DNA from: an uncultured virus (IMG/VR IMGVR_UViG_3300031963_000026) | Taxonomy: Duplodnaviria; Heunggongvirae; Uroviricota; Caudoviricetes | Direction: 5' to 3' (one strand) | IMG/VR virus record: IMGVR_UViG_3300031963_000026 | Coordinates: 1-64,000 of that record | Length of the DNA stretch: 64,000 nt | Shown: positions 57,920 to 64,000 of the stretch, in pieces | How the letters are laid out: the number at the start of each line of letters is the position of its first letter | How positions within the stretch are numbered: position 1 is the first letter of the stretch | Made by a program: the position numbers and the translations under genes | Notes under the pieces: model-generated | What the model was told of the DNA's origin: nothing | The model's database searches: none | Seen by the model: the letters and a program-made list of their open reading frames with translations, nothing else

Positions 57920-60301
57920 TCACTGACTTACTTTTGAAATGTTATCAGTTTTTGTGATCTTAACAGTATTGTTAGCCCACTGACTAACCAATGGATTGTG
58001 TGTGATTACAAAGATCTTTTCAAAGTAATCTTTAATCTTACTGAAGAACTCACCAACCATCTCAAGGTTTTCATTAGATATCTTTCCAAATACCTCGTCA
58101 AATACGATTATGTTCGGTTTTGGTAATGAACATACTTTACTTAACACCGCTCTCAACGCCAAAGAAGCAATTGTCTTCTCATAACCTGATCCTGATACCA
58201 TCAGTTTTTCAACACCAGTTCCGTTATCAATCATAACAAACTCAACCTCGTTCTTATCGTTAATTCTAACTTCCAATTTGAAGTAAGAACTATCTTGTAA
58301 CAATCGTTGTAGTTCTGAGTTAATCAACGGCATCATCGTTTTCATAATCATCTTTGATATTCCATTCTTTCCAAAGATATCCAAATAGATCTTGTAGATC
58401 TTTTCTCTTTCAAACTCCAACGCAATCTTACTGATTAGGTCCCGATTTTTTTCAATCTTCTTAACCAATAAATCGTTTTCATTTTGAATTTGAGATAAAT
58501 CCCTTTCAATCTTACCCTTCTCCAACTTCAAGTCATCCAACCTCATAGTTGCTTTCACAATTTGACCATCGAGATTTTTGTTCTCCTCGATCTTATTTTG
58601 AACATCATAAAACTTTCCGAGTTTATCTTTGATTTGTTGGATCTTCATATCATAGTTTTGAATCTCCACCTCATACTTTTCTCGGATAAGTTTGTTCCTT
58701 TCATATTGATCAAACTCGCGTTTTAGTTGTTGGAATTGTAGGTCACCTTGGTTCAACTCATTAAGATTGTTTTCAAAACCTATTTGTTGTTCCTTAAGTC
58801 CGTCCATCTGTTCTAACTTGGATTTTGTCAGTTCAGCATTCAAAAGTTCAATACCACAATGCTCACATTTGATTCCCCCACTCACAGAACGAGCCAATAC
58901 TTCCAAGTCTTTCAATTTAACATTAACCTCAATTTTACTTGATGTTACTTGTTTAATATTTTCTCGGATTTTATCGTGCTCTGTTTCGTTGTAGAACTCA
59001 CTCGGTGGAACAACATTAACACCATCCATTAACTTTTTGGTCTCCTCTTTCTTATTCTGAAAAACAAGGATCTCACCATTTAAGTTTTCCGGGTTGATCA
59101 ATGAGAGTTCTTTATCAATGTCAGTGTGTTTCTTCAACATCAACTCATCACGGAATTTTTCACCACGAGATAAACGATCGTTAGTGTCTTCCAATTTACC
59201 ATCCAACACCATCTTCTGATCGTTGTTTGTGGTAATCTTTTCATTAGACCCAACAATCTCATCTTCCAACTGCTGTGTTGAATAAAGATTTGACATCATC
59301 GTCTTTGAAAAACTTGAATATAGTTCTTTACCTACCTCTTCTTTTTTCTTCAAAAACTCCAACCCCAAGAATTTGCTTAATACTTGTCCTCTTGCCGTTG
59401 GTTTAGATTCCAATAAGTCCTCCAAGTTAGATGCGGTGGTTAAGATCGTCATCAAAAAGTCCTCCATCTCACCGATAGAATTCTTAATGAACTTTTCAGT
59501 TTCACGTCTTTGTTCTCCAGTATAATTCTGAAGTTCCCCATTAGGTAGTTTCTTAAAGAAGTCCAACTCAGTCTTAACATTCCATTCACCTGATTTTGCT
59601 TTCTTCCTCTCCAAGTTACGAACAATTAAGTAATCTTCCCCATCAATAGTAATCTCACCCTTCACACTTACCTTATCCTTATCTGTAAATCTGTTGAAGA
59701 TCTCCTCAGATTTGGTTGTCTTGGTCGTGGTGTTGAAGAATAAGAACATCAATAAATCCACACTTAATACCGTCTTACCTCCGAAGTTGGGTGGGTTTGA
59801 TTCAATCACGGTGATACCATTACACTTTTCAAAATCCAAAACCTGTCCATCACCGTATGATAAAAAGTTTGAAAACTCAATCTTTCTAATATACCACTTC
59901 TTAAACGCCGCATATTCTTCCTCCGACGCAGCAATCTTATTCTCAACCATTTGGTCAATACTCAACACCTCTTCTGAATGTCGTTCCAAATCCTTGGCTT
60001 TCAGATAATTCTTCATCATCTCAACCTGGTAGTTACGATCCATAATGTTAAATGAAACATCAACCGTCTGCATAGTGTCGTCATCTTCGCCAGCAATTAC
60101 CTTGGTAATAACATTCACGTTCGTTGTGTTGTATTTCTTTTGAAAATACAGCTTAACACTCTTGATTCTCTCCTGTGTAAAGTTCTCAGGTGAATCTTGC
60201 CATACCACTTGAACGTACGGATTATTTAGTTTATCAATTTCTATCTTCTTACTCATAAATTCGTAATTAAAATCAGGCTTGGGGTTGAATAGATCCCACA
60301 T
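57920..60301 (-). CDS. SbcC/Rad50-like (T4 gp46-like) recombination ATPase
   Basis: NFLSYG, NFGGKT Walker A, CEHC hook, SGYEK signature, VFDEVFG, ITH. Confidence 0.9.
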   Translation of the reverse strand: MWDLFNPKPDFNYEFMSKKIEIDKLNNPYVQVVWQDSPENFTQERIKSVKLYFQKKYNTTNVNVITKVIAGEDDDTMQTVDVSFNIMDRNYQVEMMKNYLKAKDLERHSEEVLSIDQMVENKIAASEEEYAAFKKWYIRKIEFSNFLSYGDGQVLDFEKCNGITVIESNPPNFGGKTVLSVDLLMFLFFNTTTKTTKSEEIFNRFTDKDKVSVKGEITIDGEDYLIVRNLERKKAKSGEWNVKTELDFFKKLPNGELQNYTGEQRRETEKFIKNSIGEMEDFLMTILTTASNLEDLLESKPTARGQVLSKFLGLEFLKKKEEVGKELYSSFSKTMMSNLYSTQQLEDEIVGSNEKITTNNDQKMVLDGKLEDTNDRLSRGEKFRDELMLKKHTDIDKELSLINPENLNGEILVFQNKKEETKKLMDGVNVVPPSEFYNETEHDKIRENIKQVTSSKIEVNVKLKDLEVLARSVSGGIKCEHCGIELLNAELTKSKLEQMDGLKEQQIGFENNLNELNQGDLQFQQLKREFDQYERNKLIREKYEVEIQNYDMKIQQIKDKLGKFYDVQNKIEENKNLDGQIVKATMRLDDLKLEKGKIERDLSQIQNENDLLVKKIEKNRDLISKIALEFEREKIYKIYLDIFGKNGISKMIMKTMMPLINSELQRLLQDSSYFKLEVRINDKNEVEFVMIDNGTGVEKLMVSGSGYEKTIASLALRAVLSKVCSLPKPNIIVFDEVFGKISNENLEMVGEFFSKIKDYFEKIFVITHNPLVSQWANNTVKITKTDNISKVSQ

Positions 60302-60524
60302 TGTTATCCTCGGTTAGTCCTGACATCGCTTTGTGTTCTTCCACTAATTCTTTCAAACGTTGCATCATAACCTCTTGATACATCTTGTTGTATGCTTTTT
60401 GAGCACCTTTGATTTTCTCGTTTCTTACTTTCACTTTTTGTTTGTGATTTTTTCTGTTTCTTGATACTGGCATAATATAAATTTTTATCCCTATAAAGAT
60501 AAAAAACTTTTCTGACATAATCAA
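60273..60524 (-). CDS. Small basic protein
   Basis: Likely start MPVSRNRK. Confidence 0.65.
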   Translation of the reverse strand: MIMSEKFFIFIGIKIYIMPVSRNRKNHKQKVKVRNEKIKGAQKAYNKMYQEVMMQRLKELVEEHKAMSGLTEDNNVGSIQPQA

Positions 60525-60526
60525 AT

Positions 60527-60556
60527 AAAAAAACCGGTCAATGACCGGCTTTTTTT
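60527..60556. terminator. Terminator hairpin
   Basis: CCGGTCA-A-TGACCGG with A and T tracts. Confidence 0.7.
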
Positions 60557-60574
60557 AATGTTTGTTCAACCCTC

Positions 60575-60913
60575 TCATTTAGGTCTATTTTGTTCGTACC
60601 ATTCAATGATACTGTTGATTGCCCAAACACCACCCGATGCTAACATACCATCGAAAAAACAGGATATTATGGAGTTAGTAGAGTAAAATTCATTTGTTGG
60701 TGAAAACAACACCAACGACATAAGAAATCCAACCCAAGTGCTTGTACACATCATACAGGATATCAAACCACTAATAAATGTAAAAATGGGTTGAAACACT
60801 GATGGTATTGTCGCTGCGTTATGAATTGAGTTTCTTAAATTGTTAAAAATGGAACCATATACCAATATGTTTGACATCCCATAAGCCATAAGTAACCATC
60901 CGAATAACATCAT
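60575..60913 (-). CDS. Membrane protein with CxxC (DUF1360-like)
   Basis: LISCMMCTSTWVG; TM helices. Confidence 0.6.
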   Translation of the reverse strand: MMLFGWLLMAYGMSNILVYGSIFNNLRNSIHNAATIPSVFQPIFTFISGLISCMMCTSTWVGFLMSLVLFSPTNEFYSTNSIISCFFDGMLASGGVWAINSIIEWYEQNRPK

Positions 60914-60920
60914 ATTCTTT

Positions 60921-61325
60921 TTATTTAGAATAAAGGTCGTTCAAGTTTGATCCTCTCAAGATAGCGCCTTTTTGTAGATAGTTTCTTGATAATTCTTTCA
61001 CTTGTTCTTCCAAGTTTTTTATTTTGTCACTCTTTAATGATAACTCATCGTTTAAAGATTGTATAGTGTTCTCAAGTTTTTTTATTGATTCTAAATCAGC
61101 AACATAAACCTCTTTAACAACTTCCACCGGAACTTCTTTCTCAACCTCAACAAACATTGATTCACCTTCACCTAAAAGTCCATACTTCTCAATATTATAT
61201 CCCTTCATTAAACAGGCTAAAACAAATGAATCGGAATTTTCAATATCGTTTAATTCACAGAATTTTACGATATTCTCATAATTCTTCTTCGGAATCTCAA
61301 TAGTTTGTAAGTTGTTCTGTTCCAT
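60921..61325 (-). CDS. Coiled-coil hypothetical protein
   Basis: VEKEVPVEVVKEV. Confidence 0.7.
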   Translation of the reverse strand: MEQNNLQTIEIPKKNYENIVKFCELNDIENSDSFVLACLMKGYNIEKYGLLGEGESMFVEVEKEVPVEVVKEVYVADLESIKKLENTIQSLNDELSLKSDKIKNLEEQVKELSRNYLQKGAILRGSNLNDLYSK

Positions 61326-62076
61326 TTACCAAATCATCAATACTGTTTATTTTGAAAGCCAAAAATGGTTTTGGATTCATTAAGTCTACAAAATCATAGA
61401 CATCAGTTTCAACATTGTAAATACCGAATCCGTGTTTATTCAATGTTTCACCATAGTTTTGTTGTATTGTTGATCCAACCATATACGCTTTCTTCCCACC
61501 AGGAATATTAAACACCTGTCTTTTATGGATATCACCACACAATACTAAGTCACAACCATCAAACTTATCAGATGAAAACCCTTCTTCAAACTTATAACCA
61601 ATATCTGTTGTAAGTCCTTGGACAGGTCCGTGGAACAATCCTATCTTGGTTCTACCATCCTTGTTGATCTCAGGTGGTAGATTATGTTCCATCAAAGAAT
61701 AAACGCACCAATCGATGTTTTCGTCCTCATAAACCCCACGATTTTTAAGATAAACGATATTCTCGTTCTTCAAAGAATCAATGATGGGTGTTAATGTATC
61801 CAATCGCTCAGTATTGTTCTCCAAGAAATCGTGGTTACCTATAATTAAAATTGTCTTTGCAATTTTTGAACACTCGGTTAATACCCAAGCAACCATCTCA
61901 ATCAATTCGGGTGAAACTTGGTTCTTACTATGAACCAAGTCACCTGTAAATACAATACGATCGGGTTTAATCTCTCTAAATTGATTAAACATATCATTGA
62001 TGATATCTCGATACAATTCGTGATCCTTAAACAACCTAATGTGTAAGTCTGAAAAATGTACTAACTTCTTAATCAT
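61297..62076 (-). CDS. SbcD/Mre11-like (T4 gp47-like) nuclease
   Basis: SDLH, TGD, GNHD, FHG, GDIH, QQNYGE. Confidence 0.88.
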   Translation of the reverse strand: MIKKLVHFSDLHIRLFKDHELYRDIINDMFNQFREIKPDRIVFTGDLVHSKNQVSPELIEMVAWVLTECSKIAKTILIIGNHDFLENNTERLDTLTPIIDSLKNENIVYLKNRGVYEDENIDWCVYSLMEHNLPPEINKDGRTKIGLFHGPVQGLTTDIGYKFEEGFSSDKFDGCDLVLCGDIHKRQVFNIPGGKKAYMVGSTIQQNYGETLNKHGFGIYNVETDVYDFVDLMNPKPFLAFKINSIDDLVNGTEQLTNY

Positions 62077-62278
62077 CCCCTAAAATTTTGAAATCCTCAT
62101 TCATAAAACCGCAACCATCACATACATAAGTCGGAAACGGAACTAATGTGTCTTCTGAAGACCCTGTTAATAATTTACTAACCTTTTTAATAAGAGTAAC
62201 TTCTCTGAATATTACTCCTCCACAACTCTCACACTTAACCGTGGGTTGGTCTTTTAACGAAATTTTTACATCACTCAT
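62069..62278 (-). CDS. Zinc-ribbon protein
   Basis: CESC...CDGC. Confidence 0.7.
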   Translation of the reverse strand: MSDVKISLKDQPTVKCESCGGVIFREVTLIKKVSKLLTGSSEDTLVPFPTYVCDGCGFMNEDFKILGDD

Positions 62279-63137
62279 GACTTGAATATTTTTCTTTAAT
62301 CATATTAACAAAATTGGATAAAATCAATGAACTCTCCATCATTTCATCACCATAACGGTCTTTCAATACTTTAATACTTGAATAAAGTTCGTTAAGATTA
62401 ATCTCACTTAATTTTTTAACCTGTGATTCAACTTTTTTACGATATGTTTCATAATACCATAAATCAAACGCCTCAAGTCGGAAAGTATTCAATAGTTCAG
62501 ACAATTCTAAAATATCCCAACCATTATTAACACAATGAACTACCTCAATTTCAGAATCAGCGGCATTAAAAATTTGAAGACCATTTTCCATAGGACAAAA
62601 ATTGTTTGTCATATAGAACGCAATCTTTTGATAATTCTTATGAAGTTTGGGATCATTGTTAATTACATAGACAAGATACCCATCTCTAGTATAACTATTA
62701 AAATGATTATTAGTATCTCTAGATGCCGTACACCACTTGGTGGATGCTCCATATTTCAAGGACGCTTCATACGTTAATGGACGACACATAAAAATAGTAT
62801 CTTCATTTTTAAGAATTTTAACCTTGTTCTCAATGTTTTTTTGGAAGTCAGCGTCTTCTTTTTTAGTTACCGCATTTCGGATTACTTCATTAATATATTC
62901 AAAATCTTTATAATCAGAATGATAAATGTCTTTATTATCAATGTATGCAATAAATTCGTGAAACTTTGTAACGGTACCCATAATATTTTTAGGTGAAATA
63001 TTTGGATGGTTGGTTTTCATTTGACACATATATTCCAAATATTTCTGCGTCTTGGACATATCGTGATTAACGAACGATTCAAAGGTAGAACTTCTAATTA
63101 CAGGATATTTCTCCCTAATTGTTTCAATTTTTGACAT
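62271..63137 (-). CDS. TKWCTA-motif protein
   Basis: EASLKYGASTKWCTAS, paralogous to 38569..40374. Confidence 0.78.
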   Translation of the reverse strand: MSKIETIREKYPVIRSSTFESFVNHDMSKTQKYLEYMCQMKTNHPNISPKNIMGTVTKFHEFIAYIDNKDIYHSDYKDFEYINEVIRNAVTKKEDADFQKNIENKVKILKNEDTIFMCRPLTYEASLKYGASTKWCTASRDTNNHFNSYTRDGYLVYVINNDPKLHKNYQKIAFYMTNNFCPMENGLQIFNAADSEIEVVHCVNNGWDILELSELLNTFRLEAFDLWYYETYRKKVESQVKKLSEINLNELYSSIKVLKDRYGDEMMESSLILSNFVNMIKEKYSSHE

Positions 63138-63165
63138 AATTTTATTTTTTTATTGTTTTTTCAAA

Positions 63166-63852
63166 TCATATATAGATAACATCAACTAACTCATTTATGT
63201 TCAAACCATAGAACTTGAAGTTATCAACCTCGTGTTGGTATGTCTTATGAAAATGACCATAAACCCATTTAATTTGTTTTTCACCCTTGAACTTGTCATA
63301 GACCTTGGTAATCATTTGTCGGTCCAACTGAAGATCCGAGTATAAATTACTATCATTCATCGCATAATGATGAACCAGACTATCAAATCCAAATGGTGGT
63401 GTGGTTATCGGTGCTGTATGGGTAACAATCACATCAACATCCAACCCATCAAACCTAACAGGATCAATAAATGGAACCCCTTCGTTATCCCAATAACTGT
63501 ACCCCAACGTACGATGCTTACGATCAATACTAATCGCACCACCAATAAATAAATGAACCAAACCATCTATCGTTAAGACATCAAAATCTTTAACAAAAAC
63601 GATGTTTGAATATTTTGGTGGATTGTCCCACACATTAGGATTATCGTGATTACCACGAATAATGTATAGGGTATTATCATTCACAACCAATCGTTCATTT
63701 ACTCGGTCAAGTAATTCTGATTGTTTATTTATCATACCTATTCCAAAATCACCAACTTGGACAATACTAAAATTATCCAAGCGGTCACTTGCTTTAACAA
63801 CCACGTTTAGGTCACCGTGAATGTCTCCCAAATATGCTATTTTGTTTCCCAT
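63166..63852 (-). CDS. Calcineurin-like metallophosphoesterase
   Basis: GDIHG, GDFG, GNHD, GGAISID, THTAP, GHFH. Confidence 0.88.
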   Translation of the reverse strand: MGNKIAYLGDIHGDLNVVVKASDRLDNFSIVQVGDFGIGMINKQSELLDRVNERLVVNDNTLYIIRGNHDNPNVWDNPPKYSNIVFVKDFDVLTIDGLVHLFIGGAISIDRKHRTLGYSYWDNEGVPFIDPVRFDGLDVDVIVTHTAPITTPPFGFDSLVHHYAMNDSNLYSDLQLDRQMITKVYDKFKGEKQIKWVYGHFHKTYQHEVDNFKFYGLNINELVDVIYI

Positions 63853-63884
63853 AACAACAAAGGTAATAAGAAAAAATTAAACCA

Positions 63885-64000
63885 TCAAACTTTTTCCAAC
63901 ATAATTTTTACCTCAGCCATTAAGTCCTTGGTTTCAATTACCTTATAATCATCAATCGCTTCGTTAATCCAAACCAAATAACACTTACCAATCTTAATGT
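63885..64000 (-). CDS. 3' end of a gene truncated by the window edge
   Basis: Open frame ...KCYLVWINE...MLEKV*. Confidence 0.55.
   Translation of the reverse strand, partial: IKIGKCYLVWINEAIDDYKVIETKDLMAEVKIMLEKV

Noticed and set aside
3579..63552. Numerous short ORFs antisense or out of frame within well-supported genes (e.g. 3579, 6540, 8068, 8873, 10131, 10967, 15968, 34107, 43973, 51977, 57622, 59694)
   Set aside because: Shadow ORFs fully overlapping credible genes

Overview
This window is an AT-rich, gene-dense, mostly minus-strand segment of a large (jumbo-type) dsDNA phage genome in the standard genetic code. The host is probably a Bacteroidota bacterium: there are TTTG-N18-20-TAnnTTTG promoters, an Omp28-like lipoprotein, an Hc1-like protein and a Bacteroidota-type sigma-70. 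Recognisable genes are purA, DHFR, a thymidylate synthase split by an HNH endonuclease cassette, a tail-tube-like protein, GH19 and SLT peptidoglycan enzymes, a NUDIX hydrolase, two DNA methyltransferases, thioredoxin, glutaredoxin, a GT25 glycosyltransferase, DnaJ, sigma-70, SbcC/SbcD (gp46/gp47-like) and a metallophosphoesterase. The most notable unexplained structures are: (1) three tandem paralogues whose 3' ends each contain a 36-nt repeat, a 30-31-nt spacer and a partial repeat, with Cas13b (type VI-B)-like geometry; (2) two proteins built from about 48-aa helical repeats with hypervariable positions, suggesting a modular nucleic-acid-binding code; (3) a highly structured non-coding RNA of about 800 nt with its own promoter and terminator (GOLLD-like candidate); (4) an array of unrelated cargo domains behind shared N-terminal leaders and a TATTTAT upstream motif; (5) an attC-like cassette between 62-bp direct repeats; (6) intron-less fission of thyA plus a stand-alone ThyA-insert protein. 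All family assignments come from motif recognition by eye and were not database-verified.
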